NCBI GenBank assembly: GCA_963751585.1
Contig: CAVVVB010000014.1
Coordinates: forward strand, 81,828-145,827
Source of the DNA: an uncultured Chloroflexia bacterium
GTDB lineage: Bacteria > Chloroflexota > Dehalococcoidia > GIF9 > UBA5629
Length of the DNA stretch: 64,000 nucleotides
Direction: 5' to 3'
Below are positions 7,834 to 17,041 of this stretch, in pieces; position 1 is the stretch's first letter, and every line of letters begins with the position of its first letter. Below the pieces are notes generated by a model. The model saw only the letters and a program-made list of their open reading frames with translations. It had not been told where the DNA came from and ran no database searches. Both the position numbers and the translations under genes were made by a program.

Positions 7834-10533
7834 TTATTGAATGGTAAAGTCAGCACCGCTAGTACCGAAGACGGTCGTGGTGGTGACGCTGGCCACTTTT
7901 ATCCTGGCTGTACCGGTGGCAGGCCCGGTTACCGTCCAGGAGTAGGTACCGTCGAGAGCCGGCACACCGCCCCTGGGGGTGATGGCTAACCAGGAACGGC
8001 CACTGTTTCTGGAGATATAGATATTGACGTTGCCGGCGAGGTGGTCAGAAATCCAGGTTATGTACAGGAGCTGGCCGACTGACGCGGTCTCACCGCCGTT
8101 CGGATAGGTGACGGTGATGTTACCGCCGGAGATGGTAAAGTCAGTATCGCTGGCATCGAAGACGGTGGTTATATCGGCCCTGGCGATTTTGACTTTGGCC
8201 TGGGTGCTGGTTGGCGTGGTTGCGGTCCAGGAGTAAGTGCCGGAGTTGGGTATACCGCCACGTGGGGTGATGGCTATCCAGGAACGGCCATCGTTTCTGG
8301 AGATGTAGATGTTGACGTTGCTGGGGACGTGGTCGGAGCTCCAGTTTATATAGAGAGGCTCGCCGATGTAGGCGATTTCACCGCCGTTGGGGCTATAAAC
8401 GGTAATGGTGCCGGCTGAGATGTTAAAGTCGTTGGCGCTGGCACCGAAGACGGTGGAGATATCGACCCTGGCGATTTTGACTTTGGCCAGGATGGTGGTC
8501 GGTATGGTTGGGGTCCAGGAGTAAGTGCCGGAGTTGGGAACACCGCCCCTGGGGGTGATGGCTATCCAGGAACGGCCATCGTTTCTGGAGATGTAGATGT
8601 TGACGTTGCTGGGGACATGGTCGGAGATCCAGTTTATATAGAGAGGCTCGCCGATGTAGGCGATCTCGCCGCCGTTGGGGCTATAAACGGTAATGGTGCC
8701 GGCTGAGATGTTAAAGTCGTTGGCGCTGGCACCGAAGACGGTCGTGGTGGTGACGCTGGCCACCTTTATCCGGGCTGTGGCTGATGGCAGCCCGGTTACC
8801 GTCCAGGAGTAGGTACCGGAGTTGGGAACACCGCCCCTGGGGGTGATGGCTAGCCAGGATTTACCGCTATTTCTGGAGACATAGATATTGACCATGGCGT
8901 CGCTGGGGACGTGGTCTGAGGTCCAGTTTATATAGAGAGACTCGCCGATGTAGGCGATCTCGCCGCCGTTGGGGCTATAAACGGTAATGGTGCCGGCTGA
9001 GATGTTAAAGTCGTTGGCGCTGGCACCGAAGACGGTCGTGGTGGTGACGCTGGCCACCTTTATCCGGGCTGTGGCTGATGGCAGCCCGGTTACCGTCCAG
9101 GAGTAGGTACCGGAGTTGGGAACACCGCCCCTGGGGGTGATGGCTAGCCAGGATTTACCGCTATTTCTGGAGACATAGATATTGACCATGGCGTCGCTGG
9201 GGACGTGGTCTGAGGTCCAGTTTATATAGAGAGACTCGCCGATGTAGGCGATCTCGCCGCCGTTGGGGCTATAAACGGTAATGGTGCCGGCTGAGATGTT
9301 AAAGTCGTTGGCGCTGGCACCGAAGACGGTCGTGGTGGTGACGCTGGCCACCTTTATGCGGGCCGTACCAGAAGCTGGCCCGGTTACCGTCCAGGAGTAG
9401 GTGCCGGTGTTGTCGACACCGCCGCTGGGGGTAATAGCTGTCCATGAGGTGCCGCTGTTTCTGGAAATATAGATATTGACGTTGCCGGCCACATGGTCTG
9501 AGGTCCAGTTTATATAGAGAGACTCGCCGACGTAGGCGATCTCGCCGCCGTTGGGGCTATAAACGGTAATGGTGCCGGCTGAGATGTTAAAGTCAGCGTC
9601 GCTGGTATCGAAGATGGCGGGGGCATCAGCCCTGGCGATCTTGACTCTGGCCTGGGTGCTGGCTGGCCCGGTTACCGTCCAGGAGTATGAGCTGTCGCTG
9701 GCAGGTACACCGCCGCTGGGGGTGATGGCTGTCCATGAAGTGCCGCTGTTCCTGGAGATATAGATATTAACGTTGCTGGTAACCGTGGAAGGGTTCCAGG
9801 TTATGTTCAGAGGCTCACCGACGTAGGCGGTCTCACCGCCGTTCGGGGAAAGAACGGTCACGTTAGCGGCTTTATATATGTTTATCTGGCTCAGGGTATA
9901 ACCCGATAGGCCGGTAGTGGTGGGATATTGGTTATCAAAATAGTACCATCGATTTGAGGGAAAACAGTCATGCTCGTCCTGGTTGCCAAAGACATACTGA
10001 CCGAGGGAATTTTTGGTTTGGGCAAAGAAAAACAGTCGCAGGCCGTCTACCCAGGTGGGCACGTACTGCCCGTCATTCCACCAGCAGATAACCATCTTCC
10101 CTTGCCGGGGCTGCGGCGTATAGACGTTGGGATAGTCGAAGGTATAGTTCCAGCCATCTATGGCACTGATTTTCACTGTATCCCCCGGGGACATGCCGCC
10201 CACCAGGTTACACAGGTCCTTGAGGTCGGTCCCCTTGCAGGCACCATAGTCTTTAATATTGACCGTCTCGCTGGGATCCCACAAATTATTAAGGTCGAAT
10301 GTTGGCCCCTGCAGCATATAGTGGGTGACGCCGTCACCCTGCACCGGCATGGACTCCATGGTGGTATAGTCAATGGTCGTTTGGCCTAGCACAGTGACTC
10401 CATCGCTGTCGTACTTGGTTATGGTTATCGACGTAGTGCCGTCTGCCAGTACCGGAGTGGCAGTTATTACACCGACAATAGATGCCAGCAATATCAGAAT
10501 GCCAAGCACGGCTCGATTCATCGATTTAACCAT
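7834..10533 (-). CDS. Paralog C: signal peptide, SUOX-fold-like domain, about 8 tandem ~95-aa beta-sandwich repeats with BNR/Asp-box-like SRNSGxSW motif; candidate S-layer or surface protein
   Basis: AGGAGGTG RBS before the ATG at 10533 (MVKSMNRAVLG). Signal cleavage is probably after VLA. Repeats ITVYSPNGGEIAYIGESLYINWTSDHVP..VNIYxSRNSGKSWLAITPRGGVPNSGTYSWTVTG..ARIKVA occur about 8 times, two copies identical at DNA level. Confidence 0.7.
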   Translation of the reverse strand: MVKSMNRAVLGILILLASIVGVITATPVLADGTTSITITKYDSDGVTVLGQTTIDYTTMESMPVQGDGVTHYMLQGPTFDLNNLWDPSETVNIKDYGACKGTDLKDLCNLVGGMSPGDTVKISAIDGWNYTFDYPNVYTPQPRQGKMVICWWNDGQYVPTWVDGLRLFFFAQTKNSLGQYVFGNQDEHDCFPSNRWYYFDNQYPTTTGLSGYTLSQINIYKAANVTVLSPNGGETAYVGEPLNITWNPSTVTSNVNIYISRNSGTSWTAITPSGGVPASDSSYSWTVTGPASTQARVKIARADAPAIFDTSDADFNISAGTITVYSPNGGEIAYVGESLYINWTSDHVAGNVNIYISRNSGTSWTAITPSGGVDNTGTYSWTVTGPASGTARIKVASVTTTTVFGASANDFNISAGTITVYSPNGGEIAYIGESLYINWTSDHVPSDAMVNIYVSRNSGKSWLAITPRGGVPNSGTYSWTVTGLPSATARIKVASVTTTTVFGASANDFNISAGTITVYSPNGGEIAYIGESLYINWTSDHVPSDAMVNIYVSRNSGKSWLAITPRGGVPNSGTYSWTVTGLPSATARIKVASVTTTTVFGASANDFNISAGTITVYSPNGGEIAYIGEPLYINWISDHVPSNVNIYISRNDGRSWIAITPRGGVPNSGTYSWTPTIPTTILAKVKIARVDISTVFGASANDFNISAGTITVYSPNGGEIAYIGEPLYINWSSDHVPSNVNIYISRNDGRSWIAITPRGGIPNSGTYSWTATTPTSTQAKVKIARADITTVFDASDTDFTISGGNITVTYPNGGETASVGQLLYITWISDHLAGNVNIYISRNSGRSWLAITPRGGVPALDGTYSWTVTGPATGTARIKVASVTTTTVFGTSGADFTIQ
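7900..9870. repeat. Coding tandem repeat array in paralog C, period 285-288 bp, about 8 copies, two adjacent copies 100% identical
   Basis: Visible by direct comparison: ~8735-9022 is essentially identical to ~9023-9310. The copy at 8284-8460 is very similar to 8569-8750. Confidence 0.8.
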
Positions 10534-10631
10534 CAAATCCACCTCCTATAAAATCCAAACTACAGAGGCAGTGAAATGGGGACGTATCGTTAGCCCCCAT
10601 CTCACTGGTGGCCTCTTTTCCTGGAATCTCT

Positions 10632-13600
10632 TTATTGGATACTAAAGTTAGCATCGCTGGCATCGAATACGGTAGTGATATCGGTCCTGGCGACCTTTAC
10701 TTTTGCCGTGGTGGAGGCTGGCTTGGTTACCAGCCAGGAATAGGTGCCGGTGTTGGCCGGTACACCGCCACGGGAGGTGATGGCGGTCCATGATAGGCCG
10801 CCGTTTCTGGAGATATAGATATTGACATTGACGTTGCCGGGAACGTGATCGGAAGTCCAGGTTATGTTGTCGCTCTCGCCAATGTGCCAGGTTTCGTAGC
10901 CATTCGGGGCAGTGACCGTAATGGTACCGCCTGAGATGGTAAAGCTAGCACCGGTACCGTAGACGGTGGCCATATCGGCCCTGGCAACCTTGACTTTGGC
11001 CGTGGCAGCGGTGGTAACTGGCGTCTTTACCAGCCAGGCGTAGGTGCCGGTGTTGGCCACACCGCCGGCTGGAGTGATAGCAGTCCATGATAGGCCGCCG
11101 TTTCTGGAGACATAGATGTTGACATTGCTGGGAACATGGGAGGAAGTCCAGGTTATGTTGTCGCTCTCGCCGATGTACCAGGTATCGCCGTTACTGGGGG
11201 TATCAACGGTAATGGTGCCGCCTGAGATGGTAAAGCTATCACTGGTAGTGTAGACGGTGGCCATATCGGCCCTGGCAATCTTGATCTTGGCCGTGGCAGC
11301 GGTGGTAACTGGCGTCTTTACCAGCCAGGCGTAGGTGCCGGTGTTGGCCACACCGCCGGCTGGAGTGATAGCAGTCCATGATAGGCCGCCGTTTCTGGAG
11401 ATATAGATGTTAAGCTTGCTGGGAACATGGGAGGAAGTCCAGGTTATGTTGTCGCTCTCGCCGATGTACCAGGTATCGCCGTTACTGGGGGTATCAACGG
11501 TAATGGTGCCGCCAGAGATGGTAAAGCTATCACTGGTAGCGTAGACGGTGGCGATATCGGCCCTGGCAATCTTGATCTTGGCCTGGGTAGCAACCGGCGT
11601 AGTTACCAGCCAGGAATATAAGCTGGTGTTGGGCACACCGCCCCTGGGGGTGATGGCGGTCCATGATAGGCCGCCGTTTCTGGAGATATAGATGTTAACA
11701 TTGCTGGGAACATGGGAGGAAGTCCAGGTTATATTGTCGCTCTCGCCGACGTACCAGGTATCGCCGTTACTGGGGGTATCAACGGTAATGGTACCGGCTG
11801 AGATGGTAAAGTCAGCGTCGCTGGTATCGAAGACGATGGGCATGGAGATGCTGGCCACCTTGATCCGGGCTGTAGCCGTAACCGGCGTGGTTACCAGCCA
11901 GGAGTAGCTGCCGGTGTTGGGGGCACCGCCGCGGGGGCTGATGGCGGTCCAGGATTTACCGCTGTTTCTGGATATGTAGATATTGACGTTGCCGGTGACG
12001 CCGGTCGTACTCCAGGTTATGTTCTCGCTCTCACCGATATAGGCGGTCTCGCCGCCGTTTGGGGAAGTAACCTCGACTGGTAGATTGACCGCAAAGCTGG
12101 CGCTGATTGTATGTTTGTCGGTAACATGGTGAAACGTGTAACTGGTTACCGCGCCCTCGGATTGGCCATCGACGAGCACATTGGCGACATGGCAGCCGGG
12201 ATCCGGGGCGATGTCGAATGACTTGTCTGCATCGTAGGCAACCAGTACGTCGCCGTCTGGTGTTATGGAGCCGTGAGCACCGGCGCTGGCAGTAATCGTG
12301 GGAGGCAGGTCGGTCAGCGCGATGCTGGTAATGTTGGATATCGACATAACTCCGGTAACAGCCGAGCCCACCAGTGTGGGAGGGTAAGTGGGGGGAAGGA
12401 CGGGCCAGGGTAAGTGGGAGGGAGGGCCGGTCCGTCTGTAGGTCCAGCAACCAGGATATTTTTCTTCTGGGGCCGGCTACGAAACTGCTGTCAAAAGTGT
12501 AGTTATCGCTATCGCTGGAAACGGTAACCGTATACCCTAGTTCGGCCATTTGGTCGTTGAAGGCGCCCTGGCCGTGGGTGATGCTGTCATCAACAAAGCC
12601 ACAGATCAGGTACAGCGGCAGACCTTCCCAGGTGCTGCTGCCATCCCAGTACTGAATGCCGTGCTCACAGATGACGCCGTCTTCGAACTCGGCTTGAGTC
12701 AGAGTGTGATCGACGGCGCCGGAAAGCTGTATGTGCCATGTGTCTATGGGTGGCACACCAACCAGCTCTATCCTGGCGACGTTGCCGATCATCTGGTCGT
12801 CGGTTAATCCCTCGCCGACCAGCTTGAGCGGGTAATCCGGGCGCGGACAGCTGCTGGCCGTTCTCGGTATTGGCCACGATTATATTAGCGTTTCTGGCCA
12901 CGTCTTGACTGGCAAGGTCGGAGGTGGTGCCATTGTCTGAAGTTAGTCTGACCGTGTAGCCGGCACGAGCCAGGGCATCGTTGAAAGCACCTACCCCGAG
13001 GTGATTATTAGCGTCATCGGCCCAGCCGCAGAGCAGCCACAGGGGCATGCCTTTCCAGATATTGTGGCTGGCATCTGTCCACGTTTTGCCGTGGTTAGCG
13101 TCCGAGCAAACGACCCCATTCTCGAACAGGCTCTCGGTTATGTTGTCGCTATAGGGGCCAACCAATTGTAATGACCACGGCTGCAGATTCTTATATATGT
13201 TGACTGCAGTAATCCACTTGATCGAAAGCCCGTCGCACGACGGATACCCATCGTTGTAATGCCAGTTGGCCTGGGGCAGGTAATGCCCCATGTCCCAGTC
13301 CCCGAAGACGTATAGGCCGGCAGCGTTGGGTGCCGGCGCCATGAAAACAAGCTGCATGCCTTCTTCGAACGCGGGGACAGATGCGCCGTCAGGGTAAAGG
13401 GGCGCGCCCAGGTTCTGCCCGGCGTTCCTGGTATACCAGCAGATGACCATCTTTCCTTGGTTCGGATCCAGATCATAGATATTGGTGTACTGGAAGCGTT
13501 CGCCGTAGCCGTCGGCGGCCAGGATCTGTATTTGATCGCCGGGATCGGCACCGCCGACCAATTCGCATAGATCCTTAACATCCGTCCCCTTGACGGCGCC

Positions 13601-13900
13601 CTTGTCCTTAAGTTCCGCTGTAACGTTCTCCGAGGGGTCCCACGGATTGTTGGGGTCATATGTAGGCCCTTCCATATAGTAGTGCCTGATCCCATCACCC
13701 TGAACTGGTAAGGTCATCATGTCCTGGTAGGTCTTAATCGTGGTGGCCAATACTGTAGTGCCATCAACGTTATATTTGGTCACTGTTAATGAGGTTGTAG
13801 GTGGTGCGTCTGCTGACGCAGGCACTGGCCTAACCCCGCCGGTAACCAGCCCGGCCAGCAGGGCCAGGCAGAATACGATGCCGACTATCCTCGATTTCAT
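10632..13900 (-). pseudogene. Paralog D: ~1090-aa surface protein (signal peptide, SUOX-fold-like domain, duplicated ~110-aa module, Pro-rich linker, InlB-B-repeat-like domain, 5 x ~94-aa BNR-like repeats) read in three frames. Either frame-broken or two consensus indels.
   Basis: AAGGAGTG RBS before the ATG at 13900 (MKSRIVGIVFCLALLAG). Frame changes near 12830-12850 (…LSAPG then PDYPLKLVGEGLTDDQMIGNVARIEL in the +1 frame) and near 12385-12480 (C6/G6 homopolymer at 12390-12395 inside a pyrimidine-rich Pro-linker). Track ORFs 12665..13945, 12031..12792 and 10632..12371 are consecutive pieces. Confidence 0.55.
10700..12020. repeat. Coding tandem repeats in paralog D, period about 282 bp, 5 copies
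   Basis: Repeated protein unit ITVDTPSNGDTWYIGESDNITWTSSHVPSNVNIYISRNGGLSWTAITP.GGV.NTGTY.WLV.TPV. Adjacent copies are near-identical at DNA level (e.g. 11040-11320 vs 11320-11600). Confidence 0.75.
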
Positions 13901-14154
13901 CTGTTCACTCCTTACGAGGCAACCGTTGTCTCCAGCCGGCGGCAATAAACGTACCGGGCGGGTGCCCGGCTGACGATATATGCGGAATGCGCATCCTGCC
14001 GGATGCCCCGCACCGATACATTAACCTCGCCTCTCATTTCACCAAAAGTCCACACACGCGCAAAGCATGTCGGCTCGCCTGATGGGGCGAGGCAACTCAG
14101 TTAGCTGCCTGGCGCGTATGTCGCTACAAAGCGCCTGGACGCTGAATAGTCCAA

Positions 14155-15465
14155 TCACAGAACAGAGAAGGCATTCGTTAGTGTGATAGTGACTCCTCCA
14201 CATGTCACTGAAACATCTCTGGTTCCGAGGCCAGCATTGGGCTTAACTGTAATGTGGACTGTTATGTTTGTGGAAGTGGCCGTGAATCCGTCTACGGTTA
14301 TCCCGGTGCCAAAACTGACTGCGGTGGTACGGCTGAGATTTTTCCCAGTGATGGTTACAGTCATCCCCTTGCCCCGAAGGCCCATCGCCGGCTTCACCGA
14401 AGACAAGCTGGGACCTGTGGTAAAGGAGGCGGCTATGGTGTGGTTGGCGGTAACGTTGGAGAATGTGTAACTGGTCACCGCACCCACCGACCTGCCATCC
14501 ACCAGCACGTTGGAGACCTGGTAGCCGGCTGCCGGCGTGATGGTGAAGGTCTGGTTAGTTCCCTGGTCGACCGACACGGCACCGGAAGGGGATATCGAGC
14601 CGCTGAGACCTGCAGTGGCGGTGATGACGTGGAATTGAACGAAGGTGGCGGCCAGGGTGTGGTTAGCGATTACGTTGCTGAAAGTGTAGGTGATGGCTGG
14701 AGTCACAGAGCCTCCATCTATAGTCAAAGTGGCGACACGATAACCTGCAGCCGGGGTGATATTGAATGTCTGGCTGCCGTTGTAAGTGACAGGCACCGTA
14801 CCAGGGGGAGATGCGCCGGTCCAGGGGTTGGTGTTAGGGGACCCACTGGACCATGTGTAGGACGCAGCTGAAATGGTACCATGGGTGGGGGCGGTAGCAA
14901 CCGCAACGGTATACACCAGCTTGATATCGTGAACGTTGTTGTTATAGTATTTGCTTGCAGGAAGAGAAGGACAAACCAATCTTGGCAGGTTTGTCGTATC
15001 CGGGGTGGTCGGCGGATTGGTCGTGTCTTTATATCCGCTATCGGCAATAATGAGGCTATTGTTACCTTTAACAGCTATGTTCATAGCGGCAGGTCCAACA
15101 ATGTTAGGCCCAACAAGAACCGTGTACGGGTTCGCCGAATTATCTAATACCAGGGCACTATAACCTGACATTCCGCTTACGCCAGTAAGTTGCTCCAGAA
15201 GCCGATAAACCGGTACGCCGGTATAGGAATAGTAATTGGTGGTGCCGCCGCCGCTCGTGTATGTGCCGTTATCAGTTTGGCTGTAGCTAGCCTTCAGATT
15301 GTTCCACGTGGTGGTATCTATGGTGACACTGGTAGAGCCGAGCCATACTGTAATGGGTGGATAGCCCGACCCTGCCGCCACAGGTAGCGCCGTGACTAAC
15401 AAAGCGCCTACAATAGCCAACGTGAACAGAACACCAAATATACTTTTGCGATTAAATCCTTTCAA
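14155..15465 (-). CDS. Paralog E: signal peptide, divergent SUOX-fold-like domain, InlB-B-repeat-like domains, C-terminal IPT/TIG-like domain
   Basis: Signal peptide with AAGSGYPP. YTGVPVYRLLEQLTGV…SGYSALVLDNSANPYT…NLPRLVCPSLPASKYYNNNVHDIKLVY parallels the YedY layout. Repeats …GY.V..L.IDG.SV……YTFSNV.ANHT..A.F appear twice, then a TIG-like segment (MTVTITGKNLS…VSFG). Confidence 0.6.
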   Translation of the reverse strand: MKGFNRKSIFGVLFTLAIVGALLVTALPVAAGSGYPPITVWLGSTSVTIDTTTWNNLKASYSQTDNGTYTSGGGTTNYYSYTGVPVYRLLEQLTGVSGMSGYSALVLDNSANPYTVLVGPNIVGPAAMNIAVKGNNSLIIADSGYKDTTNPPTTPDTTNLPRLVCPSLPASKYYNNNVHDIKLVYTVAVATAPTHGTISAASYTWSSGSPNTNPWTGASPPGTVPVTYNGSQTFNITPAAGYRVATLTIDGGSVTPAITYTFSNVIANHTLAATFVQFHVITATAGLSGSISPSGAVSVDQGTNQTFTITPAAGYQVSNVLVDGRSVGAVTSYTFSNVTANHTIAASFTTGPSLSSVKPAMGLRGKGMTVTITGKNLSRTTAVSFGTGITVDGFTATSTNITVHITVKPNAGLGTRDVSVTCGGVTITLTNAFSVL

Positions 15466-15837
15466 TTGTTTCCTCCTTCGATGTTTGTTGGATAATGTTT
15501 TAGGTCAATTGGTAGGCTAACTATTTCTTGTCTCTAATCACCTCCCTTGGCCAAACCGCATCCGGTCAAAGCGGCCGTTGCCGATTCGGTCTGAGTATAT
15601 TGGGGCCGGAGTTGCCTGAATGGAGGTGGATAAGGAGATGTTAAAAGGGAAGGACGGACAAGAAATAGAGAGTGTTGGTCATTATTCCAATTACCGCTCC
15701 TGTTGGAAAAACTATACATGTTATCTCCTTTCCAAGAATGGGAGGTATCACCTTTTCAGGTGATGCCCTACGGGCCTTTCTTCCTGGGATCACCCTTTAG
15801 AAGATAAGACTCGGAGATCGAATATGCCTGGCTATAT

Positions 15838-17041
15838 TTAATTCAAGAAGGACGTGTTACCCGTTTCCCCGGTATCGTAACCGCCGATCTTGGTAACCGA
15901 ATCCTTGAAATCATTGCTGTGGACGATCTCCAGAAGAGACGCCATGAGCGGGCTATCATATTTTGCCGTCGGCATTACCAGGTCATACCTCTCGCGGAAC
16001 AAGGGCAGAAAATCAATTTCGCAGGCACGAGCCGCTGCCTCGATGCCTAAACCGACGTCACCCTGGCCCCTGGCTATGCTGACCGCTACCGCCATGTGTG
16101 TGCTCAGTTCATGTTCGTAACCGTTGACCTCAGACGGTAGTATTCCGTGCCGCCTTAGCTCCTGATCGAGAAGGACACGCGTGCCCGAACCTTTCTGTCG
16201 GTTGACGAAGATAAGGTCATGACGCTTCAGGTCTTCTATGCCCTTGATTCCCTTAGGGTTATGTGGGAGCGAACATTAGCCCCTGTATGCGGTAAGCCAG
16301 GTGAACGATGGTTATTTTCTGACCGGGAAACAAGCGTTTCACGTAGGGATAGTTATACTCCATTGTCTCTTCGTCCAGGAGATGAATTCCGGCCAGGTCG
16401 GCTCTGTCTTCTTGAAGAGCAATGAGACCACCCAGGCTGCCGGCGTGGGTAATTTCGATATTGATCTCCGGATTTTGGCGTCTGAGCTGGTCAACCAAAA
16501 GATTGAGAGCCAAATCATGGCTGCCTACTATGGATATGGTATTCTGGCCGTTAGCCCTGGCGAGTTTATGGCCCGATGCCTCTTCGCCGCCGCTTTTCCG
16601 CTCCTCGTACCAGCGCGCCAGATGAAGGTAAAAAGTTGCCTCGAGTTCCCGGGGGCTATATCCTAAACTCAAAACTCCCAGGATATTATCGCTAACAATA
16701 TTGTCCAGACGCTTCTGACGCAGCGTTAACATCTGCGGGTCGGTGGAGCTGGCGGACACTATAGTGCCGCCGCCGCGCCGTGAAACTATCACTCGGTCCT
16801 GTTCCAGCTCCAGATAAGCTCTAACTACCGTACCCGGATTGATGCCTAAGTTTTGGGCTAGCTGTCTAACCGTGGGCAGGTGGTCCCCGGGCTGAAGCTG
16901 GCCGGTGGCGATAGATTGCTTGACTTGCTCTACTATCTGCTTGTATAGCGTCGTTGACGCACTCTGGTCAATGTTCACCGCCAATATTCCTTTATCCCAC
17001 AGTGATTTTTTGTACGACTTGTACGGGCGCAATTGTAACAA
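15838..17041 (-). CDS. Transcriptional regulator: GntR-family HTH fused to PBP_like (COG1910-type molybdate/tungstate-binding) domain; one frame break near 16262-16275
   Basis: N-terminal HLPTVRQLAQNLGINPGTVVRAYLELEQDRVIVSRRGGGTIV. C-terminal ISIVGSHDLALNLL…GSLGGLIALQEDRADLAGIHLLDEETMEYNYP, continuing in the +1 frame as NPKGIKGIEDLKRHDLIFVNRQKGSGTRVLLDQEL…THMAVAVSIARGQGDVGLGIEAAARACEIDFLPLFRERYDLVMP. Track ORFs 16259..17041 and 15838..16095 are the pieces. Confidence 0.6.

Noticed and set aside
9970-10389. Plus-strand ORFs inside the surface-protein genes (9970..10389, 14254..14871, 6812..7045 etc.)
   Set aside because: They are antisense to strongly supported CDSs, Gly/Arg/Val-rich, and have no motifs or RBS.
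7900-12020. Possible CRISPR array because of regular ~285-bp periodicity
   Set aside because: The repeats are 282-288 bp with no unique spacers. They lie in one continuous ORF and translate to a consistent ~95-aa domain. They are coding tandem repeats, not CRISPR.
12031-12792. Separate 253-aa gene and 186-aa ORF 13138..13698
   Set aside because: 12031..12792 is the middle, frame-shifted piece of paralog D. Its first half is homologous to the preceding module, and its second half is out-of-frame read-through of the Pro-rich linker. 13138..13698 is an alternative-frame Arg/Thr-rich artefact inside paralog D.
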